Shown: one piece after another, positions 21,238 to 31,249 of the stretch
How the letters are laid out: the number at the start of each line of letters is the position of its first letter
Position numbering within the stretch: position 1 is the first letter of the stretch
Assembly: GCA_044222475.1 (NCBI GenBank)
Contig: JBGANF010000018.1
Span: forward strand, 1-64,000
From: Polyangiaceae bacterium
Lineage (GTDB): Bacteria > Myxococcota_A > Polyangia > Polyangiales > Polyangiaceae
DNA length: 64,000 nucleotides
Direction: 5' to 3'
Position numbers and translations under genes: made by a program
The notes under the pieces: generated by a model
The model's input: only the letters and a program-made list of their open reading frames with translations
Told to the model about the DNA's origin: nothing
Database searches by the model: none

Positions 21238-23049
21238 TCAGAAGCGCGCCTGGATCGAGAGGCCGAGGCCGAGCCGAATCGGATCCTGGAACACGCGAAG
21301 CGACGCGGTGCCTTCGTTCGGATCACGCACGACGAGCGTCGCGTTGTTGTCGTAGACGAGCTGGCCGTAGACCATCGCGCTGATGATCGTCGAGAGGTCC
21401 CAGCGAAGGTTGATGCGGCCCTGGATGATCGGGCGGCGGCCTTGACCGAGCGGGAGCACCGCGACGTCACCCTGCTGACGGACGACGATCACGCGTGACG
21501 CGGGCAGGCCGCTGTCGGTGAACTCGCTGAGGAACGTCGACGGCATCTGGAAGCCGAAGCCGAGGCCAGGCGTGAGGTGCGCCGGCGCGATGTGGTAGTC
21601 GGCCGAGAGCGCGGCGAAGAACTCCGGCTGGGTCGACGCGTTCGCTGGGACCGTCTGGAACGGGATGAAGCCGGGGACGTTGCGGACGACGAAGTTCAGG
21701 TTGCGCATGATGCCGGTGAGGCTCATGCGGAAGTAACCCGCCTCGAGGACGCCCTGTGCGGCGACTGCGTAGGCGAGCTGGCTCTTCGTCGAACCTTCGA
21801 CGTCGTAGTCCTTGAGCTTCTGCTGGAGGAAGTCGCCCTCGACGCTCGCGCTCCACTTCACCTTCTCGGGCGTGTACTTCGGGAGCGAGAACACCGTCAT
21901 CGGTGCGTTCGGGTCGTTGCGGTACAAGAGCAAGTCGACCGACTGCGGGACCGGCATGTTGTCGTGCACGACGAGACGCCCGGCGCCGCCGACGGTGTAG
22001 ACCGGCTTGCCGCGAACGTCTTCGAGGTCGAGCTTGCCCTGCTGGAAGTAGCCGCCGCTCACGTCGAGGCGGACGTTCTCGTTGAAGTCGACGCCGACGC
22101 CGCCGAGGGCGCCGTAGTTCGTCTCACCGACGCGCACGGTCTCGACGTCGTTCTCGCCGCCGGGGTTGAGCAGCTGCACGGGCTCGACGATCGTCGCCGT
22201 CTTGAACGCGACGAATCCGTAGAACCGATCGGGCATGTCGAACTGGATCTTCGCGCCGGGCGACGAGCCCTGGAGGCGGGGGAAGATCGACTGGTTGATC
22301 GACGATGCCGAGCCGCCCCAGGTGATGTCGTAGAGGTAGCCGACGCGGAGACGGTCTGCGTCGAGCGGGAGGAACACCGCCGAGAGTCCGCTCGGCTTCT
22401 TGTCGTCGCCGCCGGTCCGGTAGAAGACCTTGATGTACGAGCCCGAGTCGTAGAGCGCCTTGTTGAGATCGCCGGTGTTGCCTGCCAACGCCGACAGATC
22501 GAAGCGCAGCACGACCGCGGCCTCGGTCGTGAGGTTCGGGATGAACCCCGGCATCTTCTTGTACATGACGAGGTGAGTCAGGTTCTCGCGGCCGGCGAAG
22601 CGGGAGTTCAGCGAGTCGAAGAAGAGGCGGTACTGCGGCCGGTCGCCGATCGCGAACGTCGGCGAGAGCGGGATCAGCTGTCCGGTCGGGTGGAGGACGT
22701 CGTCGTCACCGAAGTTCCAGGTGAGACGCGTATCCATGAAGTTGCCGAAGTGGACGCCGGGCGGCGGAGCGCCGACGGTGCGCGCGCCAGCCGTGCCGGT
22801 CATCAACGGATCGGTCGGTGCGCCGACCGGATCGGGAGGCGGGTCCTTCTTCGCGTGCGTCTCCGGATCGGGAGCGCCGCCATCGATCGCCGGGGGCTTC
22901 GTGTCGCCCGTGCCGTTGCCCGCGCCCACGCCGACGGGAGCCGGCGCGCCGGCATCGGTATCGCTCTGTGCGAACGCGGGGGACGCAATCGTCGCGAAGC
23001 TGCATGCGACGAGGAGGGAGGCGCTGAGAATGCGAAAGGTGGTCGTCAT
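21238..23049 (-). CDS. Putative outer-membrane beta-barrel protein
   Basis: Signal peptide (AFA-Q); Pro-rich linker; alternating amphipathic strands; C-terminal LGLSIQARF. Confidence 0.7.
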   Translation of the reverse strand: MTTTFRILSASLLVACSFATIASPAFAQSDTDAGAPAPVGVGAGNGTGDTKPPAIDGGAPDPETHAKKDPPPDPVGAPTDPLMTGTAGARTVGAPPPGVHFGNFMDTRLTWNFGDDDVLHPTGQLIPLSPTFAIGDRPQYRLFFDSLNSRFAGRENLTHLVMYKKMPGFIPNLTTEAAVVLRFDLSALAGNTGDLNKALYDSGSYIKVFYRTGGDDKKPSGLSAVFLPLDADRLRVGYLYDITWGGSASSINQSIFPRLQGSSPGAKIQFDMPDRFYGFVAFKTATIVEPVQLLNPGGENDVETVRVGETNYGALGGVGVDFNENVRLDVSGGYFQQGKLDLEDVRGKPVYTVGGAGRLVVHDNMPVPQSVDLLLYRNDPNAPMTVFSLPKYTPEKVKWSASVEGDFLQQKLKDYDVEGSTKSQLAYAVAAQGVLEAGYFRMSLTGIMRNLNFVVRNVPGFIPFQTVPANASTQPEFFAALSADYHIAPAHLTPGLGFGFQMPSTFLSEFTDSGLPASRVIVVRQQGDVAVLPLGQGRRPIIQGRINLRWDLSTIISAMVYGQLVYDNNATLVVRDPNEGTASLRVFQDPIRLGLGLSIQARF

Positions 23050-24521
23050 GGTAGGTTCGGATCGCGTTCGTTTCGTCGCACACAGGCCACATCGGCAGCG
23101 ATCGGGCCTTTGCTCATGTCGAGGATGACGTCGTCGGCGCAGCGCGCCTCGAGGGTGAACTGGTTGCCGCCGGAGAAGTAGCGGAGCGCACCGGTGAAGC
23201 TCCGCACGGGCTTGTCCTTCGAGAGGACGGGATCGAAGTCGGCCGACGCCGAGCCGTTGGCTTGGGCCTTGTTCGTCGTGGTGCCGTCGCTGACGACGAG
23301 GGCGAAGTTGCTCTGGCTGAGATAGCTCTGGAACTCGCTGCACTCGACGTCGGCGGTGCACGCGTTCGAGCACGCGGCCTCGTCGGGATCGGAGAAGTCG
23401 ACCTTGCCGCTGCTGTTAAGGTCGCAGTTGCTCGCGTTGTCGGAGGACGCGAACGTGGGCCCCGTCGGCTTGCCCGGACCGAAGTGCTTCCCGACGCGAA
23501 CGGTGATCGCACCCTTCGTCTCGAGGCGCACGAGGCCCGACTCGTTCTTGAAGAGCGTCGTCGTGTCCTTGAGGTCGGCGACTTTCAGCGAGTACGGCTC
23601 GGGCACGAGGCAGTTGCGAGATTTCGGATCCCACGACTCGACGGTCCACGTGGGGAAGCCGATCTCGGTGTAGCCGAAGAAGTCGCTCGCCGTGCCTTGC
23701 AGCGCACGGAGGCGATCGCACACCCCGAGCCGCTGCGGCGCGGAGAACGTGAACATGAAGACGCTCGCGAAGCCGCGGATGTTCTGATCCTGAACGTCGG
23801 TCGCATAGAAGCCGTCACTCGTGATCCCGGTGACGACGACGTCGAAGGCGAAGGTGGCGGTCTCGGGATTGAACCCGGTGTCGACCTTGAGCTGCTCCTT
23901 CGGGAACGGAGTGGCCGTGCCTCCGGTCGCGGTGGCGCCGCGCACGTCTGCGATGCGCGGGAGCGCGTAGTAGAGCGTCTCGCTGACGCCGGTCGCGTAC
24001 GTTCCGGATCCCTCGGTGTCGTCGTTCGCCGCGAAGCAGCCCGAGTCGGCGGGGAAGTCGACTGTCCCGTCGCCGTCGTCGTCCACGCCGTTCGAGCACG
24101 CCGGCGGCGGCTTGCGCGTGAGGTCCGTGACCGGCGTGTAGCCGACGTCTTCGGCCCAGAGGTGCACGTCCCCGTAGGCGGCGATGATGGAGACCGGCAC
24201 GTCGTCGGCGATGCCGGCGGTGAGCTTCACGTTGCGGCCGCTCGACCCGTCGCCCGCGGAGTACACGGTGCCGGGTCGGACGCTGAGGCGAACGTATCCG
24301 TTGAACCCGGTGTCGAGGTTGCCGTCGCGGTCGCGCGCCTCGATCTTGATCTTCACCGCGTTCGTCGGGGCGAAGTTGATCGGGATGCGCGCCGCCGGGG
24401 AGCCGAAGTTGCCTTCCTTCCGGGTGACGACGAGGCGCTCGTGGTTCGCGCGATCGGGGAAGGACGAAGCGCACGAGCCGAGGATCGCGGCGAGGGGGAG
24501 GAGGAATAGCGCGGATCGCAT
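23046..24521 (-). CDS. Lipoprotein with YhcR/ExeM-like OB-fold motifs and Asp-rich Ca-binding loops
   Basis: Lipobox LGSC; CSNGVDDDGDGTVD; VVTGITSDGFYATD...VFMF...GVCDRL...GTASDFFGYTEI; FTGALRYFSG; start may be 24530. Confidence 0.7.
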   Translation of the reverse strand: MRSALFLLPLAAILGSCASSFPDRANHERLVVTRKEGNFGSPAARIPINFAPTNAVKIKIEARDRDGNLDTGFNGYVRLSVRPGTVYSAGDGSSGRNVKLTAGIADDVPVSIIAAYGDVHLWAEDVGYTPVTDLTRKPPPACSNGVDDDGDGTVDFPADSGCFAANDDTEGSGTYATGVSETLYYALPRIADVRGATATGGTATPFPKEQLKVDTGFNPETATFAFDVVVTGITSDGFYATDVQDQNIRGFASVFMFTFSAPQRLGVCDRLRALQGTASDFFGYTEIGFPTWTVESWDPKSRNCLVPEPYSLKVADLKDTTTLFKNESGLVRLETKGAITVRVGKHFGPGKPTGPTFASSDNASNCDLNSSGKVDFSDPDEAACSNACTADVECSEFQSYLSQSNFALVVSDGTTTNKAQANGSASADFDPVLSKDKPVRSFTGALRYFSGGNQFTLEARCADDVILDMSKGPIAADVACVRRNERDPNLP

Positions 24522-24529
24522 GACGGCCA

Positions 24530-26929
24530 TCACCTCCCGATCATCTCGATGCGGTTGTCGGTCACGGCGCCGAGCTTGTCGTCGACGCAGGCGATGACCT
24601 GGCAGACTTGCCCGGCGCCGTCGCACGGCCCGAGGTCGGCCAAGCACTCCGGCGTCTGGGAACCCGCGCAGCGCCCCGCGCGGAACGCGGCGACCTGATC
24701 GCGACAGTCACGTCGCACGCATCGTCCCACGCTGGGATCGCAGCTCGACGCGCTCTTGCAGGTCAGCGAGGCTCCGGTCTGAATCGTTTGGCTCCCGGTG
24801 CAGGCGCAGACGAAGTTGTTTCCCTCGCTCGCGCAGTCGCCGTCGTTGCCGCACGCCTTGAGCCCCTCCGGCGTACCGGCGTCCTTGCGGTAGCCGCACG
24901 GGCGTCCGCCGCGGATGTAGTCGACGAGCGCGTCGCGCTGCTGGATCTTGGTGTCGAACTGGGTCGTGTTGCGCTGGAGCACGCGGAAACCGGAGCCGCC
25001 GGCGGCGAGGTAGTTCGACGTCGCGAGCTCGTAGAGGTTCGTCTCCTGAACTGGCGAGAGGCAGACGCCCTTCACGCCGTTCGGCTGCTTCGCGCACGAG
25101 CCCGGCTGCGGCTTTCCGTTCCCGTCCGGGCACTCGGCGTCGGACGCGCACGTCTTCGCGTTGCCGTCTCCGTCGAGCGTCGTCCCGATGTACACGTGCT
25201 CGGCGCAGGCGGGGACGTTGCAGACCTTGAGCGCCTGGTCGCAGGCGCCGAGCCCGGCCGACGTGCACTCGTCGTCGGTGGTGCACGCCGAACGGAAGCT
25301 CGTTCGCGTGCAGCCGTCGCAGTTGATGACGACGCGCACCCCCGCCACCTGGGCCTGCGAAGAGCACCCACGGCTCGCCGAGCGGCGGGCGACGAAGTCG
25401 AACATCTCCATGACCTCGATGCCGGACAGCTGCATCTTCGAGATCGAGTTGTCGAACGGGAAGATGTTGAACATCTGCTCGATCGTCACCGGACCGGGGA
25501 GGAGGTCCTGGCGGATGCCGGTGGTGTTCGTGAGCGAGAAGTCCGTCTGGATGCCGAGGCGGAGCCACGACGCGGTCGCCACGAGGTTGCCGAGTGGCGA
25601 GTCACCCCCTTGGGAGGCGCTGCGCTTCGCGCCCGACGGCGAGAAGCCGGCGAGGATGTTCAGGTCGGCGACGACGGCGAGCTGGCGCTTGTACGGCTCG
25701 AGCAGCTCGGCGGTCTTCGCGTCCTCGGGCACCGAGTCGTTGACCGGGAAGGCCTGGTAGTTGTTCGAGACGACCTCGAAGCCGTTGAGCGGCTCGTAGT
25801 GCGAGGGATCGCCGTCGGGCGTGGCCTCGGCCGGCGTGTTCGAGAGCACGAGATCGAGTCGACCGACGTACTTCGCGAACGCGCCCGAGTGGGCGAGCAG
25901 CACCTGCCGCGGCCGGCACGAACGCTTGAACTGGTACGGGTGGTTCTTCGGATCGGGGTGCTCGGCGTCGTTCGGCGGGGTGCCCCCCGGATCGACCTTG
26001 AGGTTCGGATCGAGCGCCCACACGAACCCGGGCTTCTGCGGATCCGCCGAGCAGTCGCGGATGACCTGCGGTGGGTTGAGGACGATGTGGTTGTGGCTAC
26101 CGAAGACGACGTCGATGCCGGTCGTCTCGCGGATCATGCGCTGATCCACCTCGAGCCCGAGGTGGGTCGTGAAGAAGACGACGTCGACGAACGGACGGAC
26201 GAGGTCGATGTACTGCTGCGCCGTCTCGACCGTGTTGATCGGCGTGACGTTGAGCCGGTTCGGTTGATCGAAGATCGACGTGAGGCTCGACAGGTTCGCC
26301 ATCCCGATGACCGCGATCTTGAGACCGCCCTCGTTGAAGATGGAGAACGGCTTCACCACCGTCTGGAGCGGGACGCTCGTCGGGAGCGACGGGTCTTCGA
26401 ACTTGTAGTTCGCTGCGAGCACGGCGAACGGCGCCCAGTCGCGGATTTGGCGGTAGACGACGAGCGGCCCCTTGTCGAACTCGTGGTTTGCGATCGCCAT
26501 CGCGTCGACCCCGAGCGCGGACTGGATGCGCATCTCAGGTTCGCCGTTGAAGAAGTTGAAGATCGGTGCGCCCTGGAACACGTCCCCGCCGGAGACGTGG
26601 ATCACGCGGTCCGACCGGGCTTTCTCCCGCTTCACGATGTACGCCATGCGGGCGGCGCCGCCGACGTTGTGCACCTCGCCGGTCGGCCCGAGGCCCAGGT
26701 CGCCGTCGACTTGGGTGATCAACAGGTCGTACGGGAGGAGGCGCGAGTGGATGTCCGACGTGTGAAGGACGGTGAGGCGGACCTGGCACGTCTGGCCCGG
26801 CGGGCACGGGCTGATCGCGCCGTCTTCGGGGTTGCCGCTGCAGCCGGGTACGGACGAGAGCGCGAACGCCGCGCACACGAGGGCGAACGCGGAGGCACAC
26901 GCACGGAGGATTCGGGACGCCTTGCGCAT
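24530..26929 (-). CDS. Bifunctional metallophosphatase/5'-nucleotidase lipoprotein with Cys-rich inserts
   Basis: LHTSDIHS, GGDVFQG, NHEFD, THLG and GSHNH metal motifs; SPLGNLVA, NTTGIR, FPFDN and YLAAGGSGF in the C-domain; lipobox VPGC. Confidence 0.92.
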   Translation of the reverse strand: MRKASRILRACASAFALVCAAFALSSVPGCSGNPEDGAISPCPPGQTCQVRLTVLHTSDIHSRLLPYDLLITQVDGDLGLGPTGEVHNVGGAARMAYIVKREKARSDRVIHVSGGDVFQGAPIFNFFNGEPEMRIQSALGVDAMAIANHEFDKGPLVVYRQIRDWAPFAVLAANYKFEDPSLPTSVPLQTVVKPFSIFNEGGLKIAVIGMANLSSLTSIFDQPNRLNVTPINTVETAQQYIDLVRPFVDVVFFTTHLGLEVDQRMIRETTGIDVVFGSHNHIVLNPPQVIRDCSADPQKPGFVWALDPNLKVDPGGTPPNDAEHPDPKNHPYQFKRSCRPRQVLLAHSGAFAKYVGRLDLVLSNTPAEATPDGDPSHYEPLNGFEVVSNNYQAFPVNDSVPEDAKTAELLEPYKRQLAVVADLNILAGFSPSGAKRSASQGGDSPLGNLVATASWLRLGIQTDFSLTNTTGIRQDLLPGPVTIEQMFNIFPFDNSISKMQLSGIEVMEMFDFVARRSASRGCSSQAQVAGVRVVINCDGCTRTSFRSACTTDDECTSAGLGACDQALKVCNVPACAEHVYIGTTLDGDGNAKTCASDAECPDGNGKPQPGSCAKQPNGVKGVCLSPVQETNLYELATSNYLAAGGSGFRVLQRNTTQFDTKIQQRDALVDYIRGGRPCGYRKDAGTPEGLKACGNDGDCASEGNNFVCACTGSQTIQTGASLTCKSASSCDPSVGRCVRRDCRDQVAAFRAGRCAGSQTPECLADLGPCDGAGQVCQVIACVDDKLGAVTDNRIEMIGR

Positions 26930-26977
26930 TGAAGCGCGCGCACCCTACACGTTCTCGCACCGCGCCGGAAGTGGCGA

Positions 26978-28807
26978 TCACTCCTTGTCGTCGGCGCTGC
27001 CGCGCAGGAGATCGAGGAACCGCGCGCCGAACGCCCGAACCAGGAGCTCCTCCACGTCTTCCGCGAGGTCGCACTCGAGGGCGGCCTTCGCCGCCGCTTC
27101 GCACTCGGCCAGGTCGACGCGCGACAGAGCGGCCTTCACCTCGGGGATCGCGGCCGCTTCCATCGAGAGCCGGCGGAGCCCCAGCCCGACGAGTAGCGGC
27201 GCCGCAAGCACCTCGGACGCGAACGCGCCGCAGACCGCGACCGGGATCTTCCCCGCCTCTGCCGCCACCGCGACGCCCTTCAACATTCGCAGGATCGCCG
27301 GGTGGTACGCGGACGCGAGCTTCGCGAGCTGGCGGTTCGTGCGGTCGACCGCGAGCGTGTACTGCACGAGGTCGTTCGTGCCGATGCTGAAGAATTCGGC
27401 CTCCTTCGCGAAGACGTCGGCGAGTACCGCGGCCGACGGCACCTCGATCATCATGCCCAGCGAGATCTTCTCGGCCCGCGCGAGCCCGCGGTCGTCCACC
27501 TCCTTGATCGCGCGATCGAGGAGCGTTCGCACCGCTCGCATCTCGTCGACGCTCGCGACCATCGGAACCATGATCCGGACGAGCCCGTGCGCGCTCGCCC
27601 GCACCATCGCGCGGAGCTGCACGAGGAACACGTCCGGCTGGCTCAGCGCGAGGCGCACCGCGCGCAAACCGAGCGCCGGGTTCATCTCCGCTGGAAGCAT
27701 GAACGTGCTGACGAACTTGTCCCCGCCGATGTCGAACGTCCGCAGCGTCACCGGTCGCGGCGCCACCGTCTGCACGATCGCGCGGTACGTCTGGTACTGC
27801 TCCTCCTCGTCCGGCTGCGTCGTGCGGTCGACGTAGAGGAACTCGGTTCGGTAGAGGCCGATCCCTTCGGCGCCGTGGTCGAGCGCGAGCGCGGCCTCTG
27901 CGGGCAGCTCCACGTTCGCCTTCAGCTGGACGCGCGTCCCGTCGCGGGTCGCGCACGGGCGATCACGCGAGCCGAGGAGGTCCTTGGTGAAGGCTCGATG
28001 CCGCGCGGAGCGGCTCTGCGCTTCGGCGATCTGGACGTCGGTCGGGTTGACCGTGACCTCGCCCCGAAGCCCATCGACGATGACGAGGTCGCCGGTGCGG
28101 AGCTCCGCGCAGATCCCGGGCGTCCCGACCACCGCCGGGATCTCGAGCGCGCGGGCCATGATCGCGGTGTGGCTCGTTCGCGTACCGATCTCGGTCACGA
28201 AGCCGAGCGCGGGCTCCTTGACGAGGCCCGCCGTGTCGGCGGGCGAGAGATCTCGGGCGATGATGATCGAAGGCTCGGTGAGGTGCGGGATCGCGCGGTC
28301 GGAGGCGCCGGTCAGCGCTCGGAGCAAGCGATCGCCGACGAACTCCACGTCGTGGCGCCGCTCCGCGATGTACGGGTCGGTGCCCGACGTGGTGGGGAAC
28401 AGCTTCGTGATCTCCTCGGTAGCCGCCACGACGGCCCACTCGGCGCAGCGCTTCTCTTCGCGGATGTTGCGCTCGATGCGCTCGATCAGCAGCGGGTCGG
28501 CGACCATCAGCACGTACGCTTCGAGGATCGCGCGCTGATCCGGCGCCGCCTCGCCGCCCACCTTCTGGCCGACCAGGCGGAGGCTCTCTTGCGCGCGCAC
28601 GACCGCGTCGCTCACCCGCGCGATCTCGTGCGCGATCTGTGCAGTATGCACGTGTCGTCTGGAGAACACCGTCCGCATGTCGCCGACGACGAGCGCCGGG
28701 CCGACGGCGACACCCGGGGAGCCCGCGATGCCGCGCATGACGACCGCCTGCTCGAGCGCGGTGGTGCTCGAGGACGACGGCGGCGGCGTGGACCCCCTCG
28801 TGGACAC
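26978..28807 (-). CDS. ptsI: PTS enzyme I (PEP-protein phosphotransferase)
   Basis: GIAGSPG, RTSHTAI (phospho-His), GIGLYRTEF, RTFDIGGDK, NPALGLRA, SIGTNDL; no GAF domain. Confidence 0.96.
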   Translation of the reverse strand: MSTRGSTPPPSSSSTTALEQAVVMRGIAGSPGVAVGPALVVGDMRTVFSRRHVHTAQIAHEIARVSDAVVRAQESLRLVGQKVGGEAAPDQRAILEAYVLMVADPLLIERIERNIREEKRCAEWAVVAATEEITKLFPTTSGTDPYIAERRHDVEFVGDRLLRALTGASDRAIPHLTEPSIIIARDLSPADTAGLVKEPALGFVTEIGTRTSHTAIMARALEIPAVVGTPGICAELRTGDLVIVDGLRGEVTVNPTDVQIAEAQSRSARHRAFTKDLLGSRDRPCATRDGTRVQLKANVELPAEAALALDHGAEGIGLYRTEFLYVDRTTQPDEEEQYQTYRAIVQTVAPRPVTLRTFDIGGDKFVSTFMLPAEMNPALGLRAVRLALSQPDVFLVQLRAMVRASAHGLVRIMVPMVASVDEMRAVRTLLDRAIKEVDDRGLARAEKISLGMMIEVPSAAVLADVFAKEAEFFSIGTNDLVQYTLAVDRTNRQLAKLASAYHPAILRMLKGVAVAAEAGKIPVAVCGAFASEVLAAPLLVGLGLRRLSMEAAAIPEVKAALSRVDLAECEAAAKAALECDLAEDVEELLVRAFGARFLDLLRGSADDKE

Positions 28808-28809
28808 CG

Positions 28810-29094
28810 TCAGCTCCCTTCCCCGAACTTGTCGGCGATGAGCTTGCCGATCGCTTCGACGCACTCGTCGGCCTGCGCCCCCTTCGCCCGCACTTCGACG
28901 ACCGTGCCCTTGGCGCCACAAAGGAGGAGCACTCCCATGACGCTCTTGGCGTTCGCCGCCTGCTCGCCTCGCGCAATTTCGACGTCACACGGGAAGCGCG
29001 ACGCGAGCTGGACGAGCTTGGTCGCCGCCCGAGCGTGCAGCCCCAGCTGATTGACGATCGTGAACTCTCGAACCACCCGCGCCTGCTCCGTCAC
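28810..29094 (-). CDS. ptsH: HPr phosphocarrier
   Basis: GLHARAA (His15) and AKSVMG (Ser46). Confidence 0.96.
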   Translation of the reverse strand: MTEQARVVREFTIVNQLGLHARAATKLVQLASRFPCDVEIARGEQAANAKSVMGVLLLCGAKGTVVEVRAKGAQADECVEAIGKLIADKFGEGS

Positions 29095-30068
29095 GAGCTG
29101 CCCCCTTCCACGTTGCGACCGACGTCGCGGTGGACGACGGTCATTGGAAAATCGTTGGTCAACCGGCGCTCGAGCTCGGCGGCGATGGCCACCGAGCGGT
29201 GTCGGCCTCCGGTGCAGCCGATCGCGACGGTGAGGTGGCTCTTGCCCTCGCGCTCGTAGCGCGGGAGGACGTACCGGAGGAGCCCCTCGGTGCGCTCGAG
29301 GAACTCGGCGGCGTCCACCTGCTCGAGGACGTAGTGCGCGACGCGATCATCGGTGCCGGGCAACGGCCGCAGGCTCTCGACGAAGTGAGGGTTCTGGAGG
29401 AACCGCACGTCGAGCACCAGATCGGCCTCGACCGGCGTGCCGTACTTGAACCCGAACGACACGAGGCGCGTCGTCAAGCGCAGCGCGCCACCGGCAGCGG
29501 GGCCGAAGCGCTCCAAAATGGTACGGCGGAGGTCGTGCACCGACAGGTGGGTCGTGTCCACCAGGTGCTTCGCTCGGGCGCGCAGCGGCGAGAGGCGCGT
29601 CCGCTCCGCGCGCACGCCGTCCAGGATCGCGCCGGCGCCACCGGTCCGCTCGCGCGAGAGGGGATGCGGACGCCGCGTCTCGCCGAAGCGCCGGAGGAGC
29701 GCCTCGTCCGAGGCGTCGAGGAAGAGCACCTCCACGTTGCGGGTCATCGCGTCGTCGGGCCGGCTCGGGTTCGCCTGCGCGAGTCGCTCGAGGACGTTCC
29801 CGATCTCGCCGAGGAAGGCGCGCACGCGCACGTCGACGCCGAGCGCGATGCGCGTCATGCCGCCGCGCTCGCACAGGGCGACCGCCTCGGGGGCGAGGAC
29901 GGGCGGCAGGTTGTCGATGCAGAAGAACCCGAGATCCTCGAGCGCGTGGAGCGCGGTCGAGCGCCCCGCGCCCGACAGACCGGTGACGACGAGCACGTGC
30001 GCCGGGGTCTGCGGCGCGCCCGGCTCGGACTCGCGTCCAGGATCGGAGGGGCGATCGGGATCGATCAT
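29091..30068 (-). CDS. rapZ: RNase adapter RapZ / YvcJ family P-loop protein
   Basis: TGLSGAGRS, CIDNLP, ETRRPHPL, SFGFKYG, DVRFLQNP, IGCTGGRHRSV. Confidence 0.96.
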   Translation of the reverse strand: MIDPDRPSDPGRESEPGAPQTPAHVLVVTGLSGAGRSTALHALEDLGFFCIDNLPPVLAPEAVALCERGGMTRIALGVDVRVRAFLGEIGNVLERLAQANPSRPDDAMTRNVEVLFLDASDEALLRRFGETRRPHPLSRERTGGAGAILDGVRAERTRLSPLRARAKHLVDTTHLSVHDLRRTILERFGPAAGGALRLTTRLVSFGFKYGTPVEADLVLDVRFLQNPHFVESLRPLPGTDDRVAHYVLEQVDAAEFLERTEGLLRYVLPRYEREGKSHLTVAIGCTGGRHRSVAIAAELERRLTNDFPMTVVHRDVGRNVEGGSS

Positions 30069-31249
30069 TTGCCTCCTCGCGGCGTCGGCGGGTCGATGCG
30101 CACCGCCGGGATCCACGCGCTGCTCTCTCCCGTGCGCTGTTCCTCCGGTTGCTGCGCGGCGATCGGGCTCGACAGCGGCGCCGGCACGACCGACTCCGGC
30201 GCGCTCTCGCGATCGGCCGGTAGCGGATCGATGTACGGCGGCGCCTCGCCGGCCCAAGGTGGACGATGCTGGCCGGTCTCGAACGCGAGCCGCGTGCCGT
30301 CTCCGCCCTCGATCTTCGCGAGGAAGTCTCGCGCCGAGTGCGTGCCGGCCCGACGCAGCAGCTCGTTGCGGGCGGCGATCTCGAGGATCGTCCCCATGTC
30401 GCGGCCGGGCCTGACCGGGACGGTGAGCTCGCGGATCGGTGTCCCAAGTAGGGACAAGTGCTTCTCTTCGAGTCCGAGGCGGTCGTACTCGGCCTTGTCG
30501 TCCCAGTCGACGAGCCGGACGACGACGTCGATTCGTTTCCGCTCGCTCACGCTCGTCACGCCGAAGAGTGCCTTCACGTTGAGGATGCCGAGCCCGCGGA
30601 TCTCGAGGTGGTGTCGCAGCAGGTCCTCGGGCGATCCGAAGACCATCCCCGGTGGGCGCCACTCGCAGCGCACCATGTCGTCGGCGACGAGACGGTGGCC
30701 CCGGAGGACGAGCTCGAGCGCGCACTCGCTCTTGCCGATGCCGCTCTTCCCGAGGAGCAGCAGGCCGACGCCGTAGACGTCGACGAGAACGCCGTGGAGC
30801 TTCGTCACCGGCGCGAGGCGATCGTCGAGGAGCGCGTGGAGCGCGTTGATGGTGCGGCTCGAGCGGCTGTCGGACACGAAGAGCGGAGTCCCCGATGCCT
30901 CGGCAGCCTGCGAGAGGGCCCGCGCCGGATCGCCGGCGCGCGTGAGGACGACGCCGGTGAGGCCGAGTGCGAAGAACCCGCGCGCCGCGAGCCCGCGCCC
31001 TTCGATCGTGAGGGAGTCGAGGTACGAGAGCTCGGTCTCGCCGAGCACCTGGATGCGGGTCGGGACCACGCCGAAGGCGTGACCGGCGAGCGCGAGCCCC
31101 GACTTCTGGACGCGAGGATGACGGATCGGTCGGTCGAGCCCGGCGGCGCCGGCGACGAGACGGAGCTTCACCCCGAGCTGCGGATCTTCCGCGAGCTGGC
31201 GGGCGGTGAACTCGTTCGTGCGCTGGGGCGCCGTCGAGGGTGACGTCAC
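30065..31249 (-). CDS. hprK: HPr(Ser) kinase/phosphorylase
   Basis: LHGVLVDVYGVG, GKSGIGKSECAL, LVADD, LEIRGLGI, PVRPGR. Confidence 0.96.
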   Translation of the reverse strand: MTSPSTAPQRTNEFTARQLAEDPQLGVKLRLVAGAAGLDRPIRHPRVQKSGLALAGHAFGVVPTRIQVLGETELSYLDSLTIEGRGLAARGFFALGLTGVVLTRAGDPARALSQAAEASGTPLFVSDSRSSRTINALHALLDDRLAPVTKLHGVLVDVYGVGLLLLGKSGIGKSECALELVLRGHRLVADDMVRCEWRPPGMVFGSPEDLLRHHLEIRGLGILNVKALFGVTSVSERKRIDVVVRLVDWDDKAEYDRLGLEEKHLSLLGTPIRELTVPVRPGRDMGTILEIAARNELLRRAGTHSARDFLAKIEGGDGTRLAFETGQHRPPWAGEAPPYIDPLPADRESAPESVVPAPLSSPIAAQQPEEQRTGESSAWIPAVRIDPPTPRGGK

